Shown in pieces: positions 30,067 through 40,003 of a DNA stretch of 64,000 nt. The stretch spans positions 68,529 through 132,528 of the forward strand of contig JAJECC010000038.1 in the NCBI GenBank assembly GCA_022822205.1, written 5' to 3'. The translations under genes and the position numbers were made by a program. Below the pieces are notes generated by a model. The model had not been told where the DNA came from, did no database searches, and saw only the letters and a list, made by a program, of their open reading frames with translations. Each line of letters starts with the position of its first letter. The first letter of the stretch is position 1. Source of the stretch: Rhodospirillales bacterium. GTDB taxonomy: Bacteria > Pseudomonadota > Alphaproteobacteria > Rhodospirillales > UBA2165.

Positions 30067-31310
30067 GCGGCGGTTCCGGCACCGTTTGCGTGATCGGGCT
30101 CGGCTACGTGGGCTTGCCGACGGCGGCGGTCATCGCCAATCGGGGCATCGAGGTGGTCGGCGTCGACACCGATGACGACGTGGTCGAGGAACTCGGCCGG
30201 GGCGAAACCCATATTGTCGAGCCCGATCTCCATATCCTGGTGCGGAGCGCGATCGCGTCGGGAAATCTCACTATCCGCGCCAAACCGGTGGAGGCGGATG
30301 TCTTCGTCATTGCCGTCCCTACCCCGTTCACCGGCCGGCGAACCGCGGACCTCAAGCATTTGGAGGCCGCCGCCCGCGACCTCGCGCCGGTGCTGAAATC
30401 CGGCGATCTGGTGGTGCTCGAATCCACCTCGCCCGTCGGCACCACCGAAAAGCTGGCGGCCTGGCTGGCCGGGGAGCGGGCCGATCTTTCCTTTCCGGGC
30501 GACGGCGGCGGGACCTGCGACGTGCATGTGGCCCACAGTCCGGAGCGCGTATTGCCGGGCCGGGTCCTGTTGGAGCTGGTCGGCAACGAGCGGGTGATCG
30601 GCGGCCTGACGCCGGCGTGCGGCGAAAAGGCAAAAGCGTTTTACGCCGCCTTCGTCAAGGGCGGCTGCCACGTCACGGACGCCCGGACCGCCGAGTTGGT
30701 CAAGCTTGCCGAGAATGCCTACCGGGACACCAACATCGCGTTCGCCAACGAGATGGCCAATGTGTGCGAGGAACTCGGCATCGATGTCTGGTCGCTGGTC
30801 GAGCTGGCCAACCGCCATCCCCGGGTCGATATCCTGCGGCCCGGGCCCGGCGTCGGCGGCCACTGTATCGCCGTCGACCCCTGGTTCATCGTCCAGTCGG
30901 CGCCGGAGTCGACGCCGCTGATCAAAACCGCCCGGGACGTCAATGACGGCATGCCGGCGCGCGTGGTGCGGCGAATCAGGGCCGCGCTCGGTGAGCAGCC
31001 GGGAGGGCCGGTGGCCTGTCTCGGCCTGGCGTATAAGGCCGACATCGACGACCTTCGCGAAAGCCCGGCGCTCGACGTGATCCGTTTGTTGGCGGCGGAA
31101 ACCCCGGCGCCGATGCTGGTCGTCGAACCGAACATCGACTCCCTGCCGGGCGGCCTCGTCCCGCGGAACGCGACACTGTGCGCGCTCGACGATGCCCTCG
31201 ATGCCGCCAATATCGTCGTCCTGCTCACCGACCACAATGAGTTCCGCTCTCTGGAACGGGAGCGCCTCGCCGGGAAAACCGTCATCGACACCCGCGGCAT
31301 CTGGCGATAG
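30063..31310 (+). CDS. wecC: UDP-N-acetyl-D-mannosamine dehydrogenase
   Basis: [41 protein letters not shown]; ATGA overlap with wecB. Confidence 0.93.
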   Translation: MSGGSGTVCVIGLGYVGLPTAAVIANRGIEVVGVDTDDDVVEELGRGETHIVEPDLHILVRSAIASGNLTIRAKPVEADVFVIAVPTPFTGRRTADLKHLEAAARDLAPVLKSGDLVVLESTSPVGTTEKLAAWLAGERADLSFPGDGGGTCDVHVAHSPERVLPGRVLLELVGNERVIGGLTPACGEKAKAFYAAFVKGGCHVTDARTAELVKLAENAYRDTNIAFANEMANVCEELGIDVWSLVELANRHPRVDILRPGPGVGGHCIAVDPWFIVQSAPESTPLIKTARDVNDGMPARVVRRIRAALGEQPGGPVACLGLAYKADIDDLRESPALDVIRLLAAETPAPMLVVEPNIDSLPGGLVPRNATLCALDDALDAANIVVLLTDHNEFRSLERERLAGKTVIDTRGIWR

Positions 31311-31357
31311 AAGGTGAGGCTCCAAGCGGGCCGGCGGCTCGAACGTCACTCATCGAA

Positions 31358-31432
31358 AAACCGGCCGCACTCATCTCCGGCGTGACCGGTCAGGATTGCG
31401 CGTATCCGGTGGAATTTCCGCTCGGCAATGGC
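31358..31432 (+). pseudogene. remnant of a GDP-mannose 4,6-dehydratase (gmd-like) N-terminus
   Basis: Plus frame reads KPAALISGVTGQDCAYPVEFPLGNG versus canonical ALITGVTGQDGAYLAEFLL.KG; no start codon and no continuation. Confidence 0.6.
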
Positions 31433-32553
31433 CGGCGGGCGGCGCTCTTGATGACGTCGGCCGTTTCCGAGGCCGCCCTGGACCACGAATATCCGGCGGC
31501 CCGCTTCCGTGCGCGAAGGCCCAGCTCGCGCCGCAACGCCGGATCACCGGCAATCGCGAGAATTCTGGAAGCCATCTCCCCGGCATCCAAGGGTGAAAAG
31601 AACTCCGCGGCATCGCCCACGATTTCAGGCATGGCCGCCGTGTTCGAACAGGCGATCGGGGCGCCGCAGGCCATCGCCTCAACCAGCGGATTGCCGAATG
31701 TCTCCACCGTCGAAGGAAACACGAACACCAAACAACGGCGGTACAGTTCGAGCAGATCGCCGGTCCGTTTCTCCCCCAGGAACTCGATGACGTCGGCGAG
31801 GTCGAGCTCGGCAATCCTCTCCTGAAGCTGCCTCATATAGCCGGCGTCGATGGATCGTCCGGCAATCTTCAATTTGATCTCCGGACGCCGGCGATGAACC
31901 GCCGCCATCGCCTCGATAAGGGTATGGAAATTTTTCTGAATATAAATGTCGGATACCGCCAGCAAATGAGGTTCGCGGTCCACGGCATCATCCGGCGAAA
32001 ACACCGGGTTTACCCCGTGATTGACGATCGTAACCCTGTCCCGGAGGCGGCTGCCGAAACCGAAGGTCAAGGCATTCCTGGCGTACCGGGAGACCGCGAT
32101 CGCCTTCGTACTGGTCAATAGGGAGAGACCCGTCATCAGGGCCAGTCCAATCCAGTAGAAACGGCGCGACATCCGCGTTTCCCGGCCAACGACCGCGAGG
32201 GAGTTTCTCAGCACGATCACCCGGTTCGGCGCGAACAGCGGTCCGTAGTTGGCCGGCGAGAAGGTGACATCGGCAGCCATCGATCTGGCCACAAACGGCA
32301 AGGCCAGCTGCTCCCACACCAGGGCGGGGAAGAACCGGTTGTCGAATTCGAGCAGATGGACGCGCACCTTCTCGCCCAAGAATTCATAGAGCTCGGATTG
32401 ATCGCGGTGAAGGAGAAGATGGGTTTCGAGATCGCCGTCTTCCGCAAGGATCGGCAGGATATTTCTCAGGTAGGTGACCCCGCCACCGCTCTTTGCATGA
32501 ATTCCGTTGACCAGCACGCGGATCTTGTTGCTGCGCGGAAGTTTGGGGCCCAC
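31390..32553 (-). CDS. glycosyltransferase family 4 (GT-B)
   Basis: FVFPSTVETFGNPLVEAMACG, QKNFHTLI, YSW C-terminus. Confidence 0.92.
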   Translation of the reverse strand: MGPKLPRSNKIRVLVNGIHAKSGGGVTYLRNILPILAEDGDLETHLLLHRDQSELYEFLGEKVRVHLLEFDNRFFPALVWEQLALPFVARSMAADVTFSPANYGPLFAPNRVIVLRNSLAVVGRETRMSRRFYWIGLALMTGLSLLTSTKAIAVSRYARNALTFGFGSRLRDRVTIVNHGVNPVFSPDDAVDREPHLLAVSDIYIQKNFHTLIEAMAAVHRRRPEIKLKIAGRSIDAGYMRQLQERIAELDLADVIEFLGEKRTGDLLELYRRCLVFVFPSTVETFGNPLVEAMACGAPIACSNTAAMPEIVGDAAEFFSPLDAGEMASRILAIAGDPALRRELGLRARKRAAGYSWSRAASETADVIKSAARRPLPSGNSTGYAQS

Positions 32554-32682
32554 AACCGGTCTCGAAGTTATCCAAGCGGAATCAATGGATTATATCATTT
32601 ATGTCCGGCAGTCCACCGGCGTCCGGGGGCATGACTTGCGGCGCATACGGCCCCCGCAGGGCCGGTGTCCGCAATACGGCGG

Positions 32683-34662
32683 TCACTCGCCGCCGTCCAC
32701 CCAATGGTCGAACCATGCCGCCGCGTTATAAAGCACCCAGACCAGCAGCGCCGCATCGCGGCGGCCGCTGCGATGGTCCGAAATCAATTTCCGCACATGG
32801 GCCTTGTTCAGCCCCGCCGCGTCCAACAGGGGCGAGGCGGTGATTTGCGCTTCCGCCTGGCGCCCGAAATCGCCCCGCAGCCATTCCGCCATGGGCGCCG
32901 AGAAACCCATCTTCGGACGATCGATTATTTCGTCGGGGATGATCCCGCGGACCGCCGATTTGAGCAGCGCCTTGGCCTCTCCGCCCTTGATCTTGGCGTC
33001 CATCGGGATGCCCATGGTGTAGTCGACGAGTTCGTGATCGAGAAACGGCACCCGGCCTTCAAGAGAGGACGCCATGGTGATCTTGTCCACCCGCATCAGC
33101 AGCAGCTCCGGGAGACGAAGCCGGAATTCGTTGTGGATCATCCTCATCAATTGATCGCTCTCGGGAAAACGCTCATCGAACCCATTCAGATAGGCGAGCG
33201 CCACCTGCTCGCTGTCCCGCGCCCGGAACCGCGGCGGCAACAGCCCCATACCGATGAGCTCCTCGAAGTCTTCGGGCTCTGCCGGATCGGCTCCATTCAT
33301 CAACGGCGCCTTCTGGGATTCCCAATAGGCCACGGCGCCGCTCCAAAAAGCCTCGCCGCCGCGGGCGGCGCGGCCGACGGCATCCGCATAAATCTCGAAA
33401 TCGGGAAACATACCGGCGACGGCCCGCGCACCGGCCGCAACGCCCCGCTGCATCGAGCCCGGCAGAAACTTCCGAAACGCGCCGAAATACTTCTGGTGAA
33501 GGCGCAGATACATCATGTAGGAGCGGTAGCCGCAGAACTGCTCGTCCGATCCCTCGCCGACCTGAACCACCTTCACCCCGTTCTCGCGGGCCAGCTTCGA
33601 GACGAAGTGGAGCGGAATACAAACCCAGTCGGCCAGCGGCTCATCCTGGTCCCGCACCAACTGAGCCAGGTATCCGGTCATGTCGCTTTCGTTCACCAGC
33701 ACCTCGTGGTGCTCGGTGCCCAGGTGATCGGCCACCCGCCGGGCGTAGTCCAACTCGTTGAGATGCCGATGATCGCTGAATCCGACGGAAAATGTCTTGA
33801 CGGGCTCCGCCGTGTGGCGGCTCATCAGAGCCGCATTCACCGACGAATCCATGCCGCCGGACAGAAAGGCGCCGAACGGGACATCGGACATCATCCGGCG
33901 CTCCACCGATCGTTCCAGCCGGTCGAGGACGCCGGCTTCGTAATCCTCCCCGCCGTCGCTCCCGCCGCGAGGCACGGCATCCCAATACCGGACCGCCCGC
34001 ATGGTTCCCCCATCGGCCACCTCGAGATAGTGGGCCGCCGGCAGTTTGTAGATGCCGCGGAACATGGTGAGCGGCGCGGGCGGCGTCAGATAGCTCAGGT
34101 AGTGGTAAAGCGCGGTCCCGGACAGTTCGGACGTAACCGCCGGATGGCGGACCAGGGATTTTATCTCGGAGGCGAAGAGAAACCGCCCGCCCGCCTTCGT
34201 GAAATAGACCGGTTTGATGCCCACGCGGTCCCGGGCCAGGGTCATGCGCTTTGCATTTTCGTCCCAAATGGCGAACGCGAACATGCCCTGGAGACGCCCG
34301 AGCAGCCGTTCGATCCCCCACTCCTCATAGCCGTGGATGAGAACTTCGGTATCGGCATGGTCGGTTGCGAATGTGTGGCCCGCGGCCGTGAGCTCCCGTC
34401 TGAGCTCGAGGTGGTTGTAAATTTCGCCGTTGAACGTAATCCAGACCGAACCATCCTCGTTGCGCATGGGCTGATCGGCTTCGGCCGTCAGGTCGATAAT
34501 CGACAGCCGGCGATGGGCCAGACCGACCCGCCGGTCATCGGACAACCATGTCCCCTCGCCATCCGGGCCGCGGTGCGACAACGCATCGTTCATGCCCCGG
34601 AGTACGGGTTCGGGAACGCCGTCGGAAATGCCGTAGTGAATGATGCCCGCTATGCCGCACAT
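32683..34662 (-). CDS. asnB: asparagine synthase (glutamine-hydrolysing) family amidotransferase
   Basis: MCGIAG, HRGPD, HRRLSIID, FNGEIYN, LSGGMDSS, GEGSDE, RVPFLD. Confidence 0.93.
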   Translation of the reverse strand: MCGIAGIIHYGISDGVPEPVLRGMNDALSHRGPDGEGTWLSDDRRVGLAHRRLSIIDLTAEADQPMRNEDGSVWITFNGEIYNHLELRRELTAAGHTFATDHADTEVLIHGYEEWGIERLLGRLQGMFAFAIWDENAKRMTLARDRVGIKPVYFTKAGGRFLFASEIKSLVRHPAVTSELSGTALYHYLSYLTPPAPLTMFRGIYKLPAAHYLEVADGGTMRAVRYWDAVPRGGSDGGEDYEAGVLDRLERSVERRMMSDVPFGAFLSGGMDSSVNAALMSRHTAEPVKTFSVGFSDHRHLNELDYARRVADHLGTEHHEVLVNESDMTGYLAQLVRDQDEPLADWVCIPLHFVSKLARENGVKVVQVGEGSDEQFCGYRSYMMYLRLHQKYFGAFRKFLPGSMQRGVAAGARAVAGMFPDFEIYADAVGRAARGGEAFWSGAVAYWESQKAPLMNGADPAEPEDFEELIGMGLLPPRFRARDSEQVALAYLNGFDERFPESDQLMRMIHNEFRLRLPELLLMRVDKITMASSLEGRVPFLDHELVDYTMGIPMDAKIKGGEAKALLKSAVRGIIPDEIIDRPKMGFSAPMAEWLRGDFGRQAEAQITASPLLDAAGLNKAHVRKLISDHRSGRRDAALLVWVLYNAAAWFDHWVDGGE

Positions 34663-34868
34663 GACCCTGGAACCGGCAATTTAAATCCGCAATGAAAGGT
34701 TTGGGGCCTGGGACCGCGCAACGAACTCCGCCCCCTCGCAAATGACGACGGCCCCTAACCTGCCACTCCGCCAATCGCCGGACAACCCCGGCGCCCGTAC
34801 CCCCGGACGATCGCGCGGGCGAAATCAACCGCCCGTGAATGACCTGCCGGCGGCCCGCGAGCCGGCGC

Positions 34869-35321
34869 TCAGTCCTTGGACGGCGGCGCCAAGGATTTTG
34901 TGACCTGATCGAGCAGGCCGTAGAGCTGGGCGATATTGTCCTCTCCGGCCGCTTCGGCGATGGCCGCGTAATTGGCCTCCGAATGGGGCGCGACCTCGCC
35001 GACCAGTTCGCGGCCCTTCGGCGAGATGGCGGCCAGCACCCGCCGCTGATCGGCCGCGGCGGCCCTCCGGGTGATCAGGTCCCGGCCCTCGAGATTCCGG
35101 AGAATGCGCGACAGGCTGGGCATGAGGATAAAGCTCCGTTCCGCCAGGCGGCTGATCTCAATCTCACCGGAATCCTCCAGGGCGCGAAGGACCCGCCACT
35201 GCTGTTCGGTCACGCCGTGGGCCCGCAGCATCGGCCGGAAACGGCTCATCACCGCTTCGCGCGCCCGCAACAGCGCCATCGGCAACGAATGAGAGAAATC
35301 CCGGAGCGGTGCGCGGCCCAT
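34869..35321 (-). CDS. hpaR: MarR-family regulator, HpaR-like
   Basis: SLPMALLRAREAVMSRFRPML...TEQQWRVLRAL matches the HpaR N-terminal signature. Confidence 0.8.
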   Translation of the reverse strand: MGRAPLRDFSHSLPMALLRAREAVMSRFRPMLRAHGVTEQQWRVLRALEDSGEIEISRLAERSFILMPSLSRILRNLEGRDLITRRAAAADQRRVLAAISPKGRELVGEVAPHSEANYAAIAEAAGEDNIAQLYGLLDQVTKSLAPPSKD

Positions 35322-35327
35322 CGGGGC

Positions 35328-36191
35328 TCAGACTTTCTCGTCCGCCACGCCGTTGGACAAGACGCCGATGCCCGGCACTTCGATCTCCACCGTATCGCCC
35401 GGCACCAGCCATTTGGGCGGATCGAAGCGGGCGCCCGCCCCGGTCGGCGTGCCGGTCGAGATGACGTCCCCCGGTTCCAATTCGGCAAAGGTGGAGATGT
35501 AATTGATCAGGTAGGGGAAATCGAAAATGATGCTGTCGGTGGTATCGTCCTGACGCACCTCGCCGTTGACCCGGGTGGTCAGATGAAGCCCGTCGAAACC
35601 GCCGGTCTCGTCGGGCGTGACCATCCAGGGCCCGATGGCGCCGCTTTTTTCGAAGTTCTTGCCCTGGGTGACGTTGAACTTGGCGTGCCGGATCCAATCC
35701 CTGAGGGTGCCCTCGTTCATCAGCGTCATGCCGGCAATGTGATCGAGCGCGTTCTCCCTGGGGATCCGCCGTCCGCCCTTGCCGATGATCAGCACGATCT
35801 CGCCTTCGTAGTCCAACTGACCGGACTCCGGCGGGCGAACGATGTCCTCCCCGTGGCCGACGAAGGACCCCGGCGTGCGGAAAAACATCGACGGAAAACG
35901 GGGCAGGTCGGAACCGTCCCTGTATTCCTCGTTGCGGTTGGCGTAGTTGACCCCGATGCACAGAAGCTTCGGCGGCCGCGGGATGGGCAGGAGATATTTG
36001 ATGTCGGCGAGATCCGCATCGGACCCGGCGCCGGACGTCATTTTTTCGACCTTGGAGAGGCTGCCGGTTTGCAGCACTTCGAGAACGCTGCCGCAGCCGG
36101 CTTCGTTCCGCGCGCCGACATCGAATATTCCGTTGCCGACGACGGCGCCAAACGACTGTTTGCCCTCAAGCTCATAGGTGACGAGTTTCAT
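35328..36191 (-). CDS. fumarylacetoacetate hydrolase family protein
   Basis: CIGVNY, LDYEGE, GKNF, GPWMVT, PGDVISTGTP. Confidence 0.92.
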   Translation of the reverse strand: MKLVTYELEGKQSFGAVVGNGIFDVGARNEAGCGSVLEVLQTGSLSKVEKMTSGAGSDADLADIKYLLPIPRPPKLLCIGVNYANRNEEYRDGSDLPRFPSMFFRTPGSFVGHGEDIVRPPESGQLDYEGEIVLIIGKGGRRIPRENALDHIAGMTLMNEGTLRDWIRHAKFNVTQGKNFEKSGAIGPWMVTPDETGGFDGLHLTTRVNGEVRQDDTTDSIIFDFPYLINYISTFAELEPGDVISTGTPTGAGARFDPPKWLVPGDTVEIEVPGIGVLSNGVADEKV

Positions 36192-36213
36192 CTGCCGGTC
36201 CCCTGCCCTGAAT

Positions 36214-36231
36214 TATTTAACTTGTTAATTA
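36214..36231. promoter_or_regulatory. candidate HpaR/MarR operator
   Basis: Imperfect palindrome TATTTAAC-TT-GTTAATTA (TTAA-N4-TTAA core) in GC-rich DNA, about 22 bp before the FAH start. Confidence 0.55.
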
Positions 36232-36271
36232 TACGGCGGTTCGGCGCAAATGGGAAATAGGCGTAACCGGC

Positions 36272-36985
36272 TCAAATGCCGCCGAGATCGGCGCGCTCCT
36301 CGAAATATTCCCAGGCCCGGTCCATGGAAAGCGGGGAGAATTGGATTTCCTGATAGAGCCGTTCCTCCTCGGGCGACAGATATTTGACCTCGCCCATCCG
36401 CATGGAGGCCATTTGCAGCTGGGCATTGACCTGGAGGTAGATCGACACCATGACCGCCTCTTTGAGGTTGGGACCGACAACCACGCATCCGTGACCCCGC
36501 ATCAGCGCCACCCGTCCCGCCCCGAGACATTTCGCAAGATCGTGGCCCTGCTCCATGGTCAGGACCAGCATGTTGGTATCGCCGAAATTGTCGGCGATAT
36601 CCCATACGGGGACTTCCGGGCCGATGCCGCTGCCGACGTGGACCAACGGCCGGATCGGCGTATTGGTGACGCCGAACGGGATCACGGCGTGGGAATGGTT
36701 GTGGACCACGGCATTGACGTCGGGCCGGGCCTGATAGGCGGCGCCGTGGATCGGCCGTTCGCCGTAAGGCCGCCGATCATCGTCTATCGGGTTGCAGTCA
36801 AGGTCGAACTCCATGATGTCGGCCGGCGTCACCAGGGCCGGGCTCAACGACCGGGCGAGCAGAAACCGCCCGGGATCGTCGGGGTGCCTCAAACTCACAT
36901 GTCCGTAGGCATCCACCACATCCTCGCGGGCCAAGATCCGGTTGGCGATGGCCACCTGCCGGCGCGCCTCCTCCACAGTCGTCAT
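36272..36985 (-). CDS. class II aldolase/adducin family protein (decarboxylase-like)
   Basis: DAYGHVS, ERPIH, VVHNHS, MRGHG metal ligands; ATG at 36985 with GGAGG RBS. Confidence 0.88.
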   Translation of the reverse strand: MTTVEEARRQVAIANRILAREDVVDAYGHVSLRHPDDPGRFLLARSLSPALVTPADIMEFDLDCNPIDDDRRPYGERPIHGAAYQARPDVNAVVHNHSHAVIPFGVTNTPIRPLVHVGSGIGPEVPVWDIADNFGDTNMLVLTMEQGHDLAKCLGAGRVALMRGHGCVVVGPNLKEAVMVSIYLQVNAQLQMASMRMGEVKYLSPEEERLYQEIQFSPLSMDRAWEYFEERADLGGI

Positions 36986-37019
36986 TTTCCAATCCTCCTG
37001 TCCATCCGCGTCGGCACCT

Positions 37020-37664
37020 TCAGGAAACGTCCCGGCCTTCCCGGGCCCTGTAGGCGGGGAGAGACCAGCCAAATCTGATTGCCAGGGCGCGAACCGCGAA
37101 GCAACACAAGAAACCCGATCCAAAGGCCAAAAGACCGCCGGCCCCGGCGAGGGACAGCCCGACGAACACCAAGGCGCCGGCCAACGCGGCGGTGACGTAG
37201 ATCTCCTTCCGGAGGATCAGGGACACCTCGCCGCCGAGCACGTCGCGGATGATCCCGCCGAACGTGCCGGTAACGATCCCCATGATGACCGCCACCAAGG
37301 GATGGGCGCCGACCGCCAGGGCCTTCTCCGCGCCCAGAATGCAGAACAGGGAAAGCCCGAGGGCATCCAGCCACAGGATCAGCCGGTAACGGGACTGAAA
37401 CAAATGGGCGGCGAAATACGTGACCGCGGCGGCGGTGATGCAAACGGCGACGTAGGATGGCTGCTGCACCCAGTTGACCGCCCCGTCCCCCAGCAGCAGG
37501 TCACGGATCGTGCCGCCGCCGACGCCGGTCACCGTCCCCAGAAGCACGAAGCCGAAGATGTCCATCTGCTTGCGGCTGGCCACCAGCGCGCCGGATACGG
37601 CGAACACGGCAACCGCCAGATGGTCGACGGCGATGAGGAAATCCATGCCGGAGAGAGTCTGCAT
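37020..37664 (-). CDS. trimeric intracellular cation channel family (YadS/UPF0126) membrane protein
   Basis: Two repeats: FAVSGAL..MDIFG..GGGTIRD and DALGL..GGIIRD. Confidence 0.9.
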   Translation of the reverse strand: MQTLSGMDFLIAVDHLAVAVFAVSGALVASRKQMDIFGFVLLGTVTGVGGGTIRDLLLGDGAVNWVQQPSYVAVCITAAAVTYFAAHLFQSRYRLILWLDALGLSLFCILGAEKALAVGAHPLVAVIMGIVTGTFGGIIRDVLGGEVSLILRKEIYVTAALAGALVFVGLSLAGAGGLLAFGSGFLCCFAVRALAIRFGWSLPAYRAREGRDVS

Positions 37665-37747
37665 CGGAACCGCAAGCTATTGGAACGTCGCTGGTTGTCG
37701 CATGAAATTGATCGAAAAGGAAACCGAAGGACCCGGTCCAGACACGC

Positions 37748-38803
37748 TTACGATGGAGCCTGCCAGTTGGAAAGGCTGATTCGACCGACAAAACCGCTCT
37801 CGGTACCGAGTGCGAGATGACGTCCGTCCGCCGACCAGGCGAGCGCGGTCACGGCGCCTTCGCCCGGTCCCTTGACCAGAACCGGATTAACGCGGTCGAT
37901 CTCCACGAGGATGGCGGCGCCGTCCTCGTATCCGGCGGCGACCACTTCATGCCGAGGGTGGGCGGCCACCACCGTCACCACACCCTCGAAGCCCCACCCC
38001 AGGTCGAGGGGGGCCTTGCCCATGGGGCCGCTTTTGCCGTGGAAAGGCCAGCAAACGACGGAATCCGCGCCACCGGTCGCCAGATACCTTCCCTTCGGCA
38101 GCCAACTCATCGATTTGACCTTCGTCGGGTAGCCGGACATCCGCATATCGGCGCCGTCGGAGACACGCCAGCCGTGCAACTCGTTTTCCTGCATTGCGGT
38201 GACGATGTATTTCCCGTCCGGACTCCAGGTCAGATCAAGGTGCGAGCCCGACCAGCTGAGTCGTTTAGGCTTCTGCGCGCCGGGCTTCGCCCACCAGAGG
38301 CTGACCCCGCCATAGTGCGCGGCGGCAATCCGTCGTCCTTTCGGGTCGAACGCCAGACCGCCGACCGTGTTCGCATGATCGAACGTTCCAGCCGCTCCTC
38401 CATCCTGCGCGAAAAGGGAAACCGTCTTGCCGAAGACCGCGGCGCATAGTCCGGATGCCCCGCTGACCGCAATCGGCTCGACCCATCGCCCCGCAATGGC
38501 CGCGATTTCGGCGGTCTTGCCGTCGGTATCGGTGCTCGCCAGCCGGGCATCGTCTCCGCCCGTCAGGATGCGCCGCCCTCTCAGGTCGGCGGCCAGCGAA
38601 AGACAAGCCCCGTCATGCACCGGAACGAAGGACGGAGGATTTGCGCTTTCGCCGCTGATGAACGCAACCCGGCCGTCCCCAAGTGCGGCCGCGAGCAGTC
38701 CCTCCTCAAGGAACACAAGGTCGACTACATAAGCGCCGAGGTTCCGGCCGGTGCCGATGCGGTCAAGCAGCGACTCCTTGTCCTGTTGAACGGACGAACT
38801 CAC
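37748..38803 (-). CDS. WD40-repeat protein
   Basis: Repeated beta-propeller blades (LTGGDD, LAFDPKG, WSPDG, LATGG, WSADG); ATGA overlap with the COG0523 gene. Confidence 0.88.
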   Translation of the reverse strand: MSSSVQQDKESLLDRIGTGRNLGAYVVDLVFLEEGLLAAALGDGRVAFISGESANPPSFVPVHDGACLSLAADLRGRRILTGGDDARLASTDTDGKTAEIAAIAGRWVEPIAVSGASGLCAAVFGKTVSLFAQDGGAAGTFDHANTVGGLAFDPKGRRIAAAHYGGVSLWWAKPGAQKPKRLSWSGSHLDLTWSPDGKYIVTAMQENELHGWRVSDGADMRMSGYPTKVKSMSWLPKGRYLATGGADSVVCWPFHGKSGPMGKAPLDLGWGFEGVVTVVAAHPRHEVVAAGYEDGAAILVEIDRVNPVLVKGPGEGAVTALAWSADGRHLALGTESGFVGRISLSNWQAPS

Positions 38804-39768
38804 GCGATGCAGGCGTCGAACTGCTGTTTCAGTTCCAACTCATCGATGTTTCGCCCGATGAAAACCATGCGGCTCTCTCGGTTCTCGTTTGGGCTCCACG
38901 GCTTCGTGAAACTGCCTTCCATCAGCATATGGACCGCCTGGACGACATACTGTTTGTCCTGACCGGCGATCGACAGGATCCCTTTGGTTCGCAGAAGGTC
39001 CTGGCCACGCTCGGCAACCAGGCCCTGCAGCCACACCATGAGGCTGGTTCCGTCCAAGGGCCGGTCGGTGCGCAGGCAGACGCTCTTCACATCATCGTCA
39101 TGTTCATGGTCGTCTTCGGAAAGAAAATCCGGCTCGATCGCCAGTATGCGGTCGAGATCGAACGCCCGGCGCTCCAGAACCGTGTCAAGCCCCACCTCGC
39201 ATCGCTGCGTGCGATGGATAACCGCCGTCGCATTGATCGAACGGATGCGGGTTTCCACCTGCGCCAGTTCATCGGCCGACACAAGATCCGTCTTGTTAAG
39301 AAGGATGACGTCGGCAAAGGCGACCTGTTCCAGCGCCTCATGGCTGTCCGCCAGCCGCCGGACGATATGGCGGGCGTCGGCCACCGTTACGATCGAATCG
39401 AGCCGGGTCCGCCGCCGAACGTCGTCGTCGACGAAGAAGGTCTGGGCGACCGGCGCGGGATCGGCAAGGCCCGTGGTCTCGATGAGGATTCCATCGAAGC
39501 TGCCTTGCCGTTTCATCAAACCGCCGAGGATGCGGATCAAATCCCCGCGTACGGTGCAGCAGATGCAGCCGTTGTTCATCTCGAACACTTCCTCGTCCGC
39601 GTTGACCACGAGATCGTTGTCGATGCCGATTTCGCCGAACTCGTTGATAACGACGGCGTATTTCTTGCCGTGATCCTCGGTCAGGATGCGGTTCAGGAGC
39701 GTTGTCTTGCCGGCGCCGAGATAGCCGGTCAGGACGGTGACGGGAAGGCGGGGGGCTTCAGCGTTCAT
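38800..39768 (-). CDS. COG0523/CobW-family G3E GTPase metallochaperone
   Basis: LTGYLGAGKTT, NEFGE, GCICC (CxCC), ETTGLADP, NKTD; short His/Asp patch; CobW_C domain. Confidence 0.93.
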   Translation of the reverse strand: MNAEAPRLPVTVLTGYLGAGKTTLLNRILTEDHGKKYAVVINEFGEIGIDNDLVVNADEEVFEMNNGCICCTVRGDLIRILGGLMKRQGSFDGILIETTGLADPAPVAQTFFVDDDVRRRTRLDSIVTVADARHIVRRLADSHEALEQVAFADVILLNKTDLVSADELAQVETRIRSINATAVIHRTQRCEVGLDTVLERRAFDLDRILAIEPDFLSEDDHEHDDDVKSVCLRTDRPLDGTSLMVWLQGLVAERGQDLLRTKGILSIAGQDKQYVVQAVHMLMEGSFTKPWSPNENRESRMVFIGRNIDELELKQQFDACIA

Positions 39769-39870
39769 TCTAACCACCAGGTTCTTTTGCAGACTAACCG
39801 CCGGAGCGTGCGTGCACGTACCGGAGCGCACGACGTTCTCGACAGACAGTACGCCGGAAAAGTATGATAT

Positions 39871-39893
39871 GGTATGTTATAACATAACGTAAA
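39871..39893. promoter_or_regulatory. Zur box in a divergent promoter
   Basis: ggtATGTTATAACATAACGTaaa versus the proteobacterial Zur consensus GAAATGTTATAwTATAACATTTC; a partial second copy (ATGATAT) lies just left. Confidence 0.8.
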
Positions 39894-40003
39894 CTAATTT
39901 TCGCAAACCGCTCCCGCAGTATCCCGTCCGGACACGATGTGTTCGGCCAAGCTCGGACCTGGAATGTCGGGTACAGCGCCAGCAGACCCCTAGAGGAGAT
40001 CCA

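Noticed and set aside
32665-34695. 676-aa plus-strand ORF
   Set aside because: Antisense shadow of asnB.
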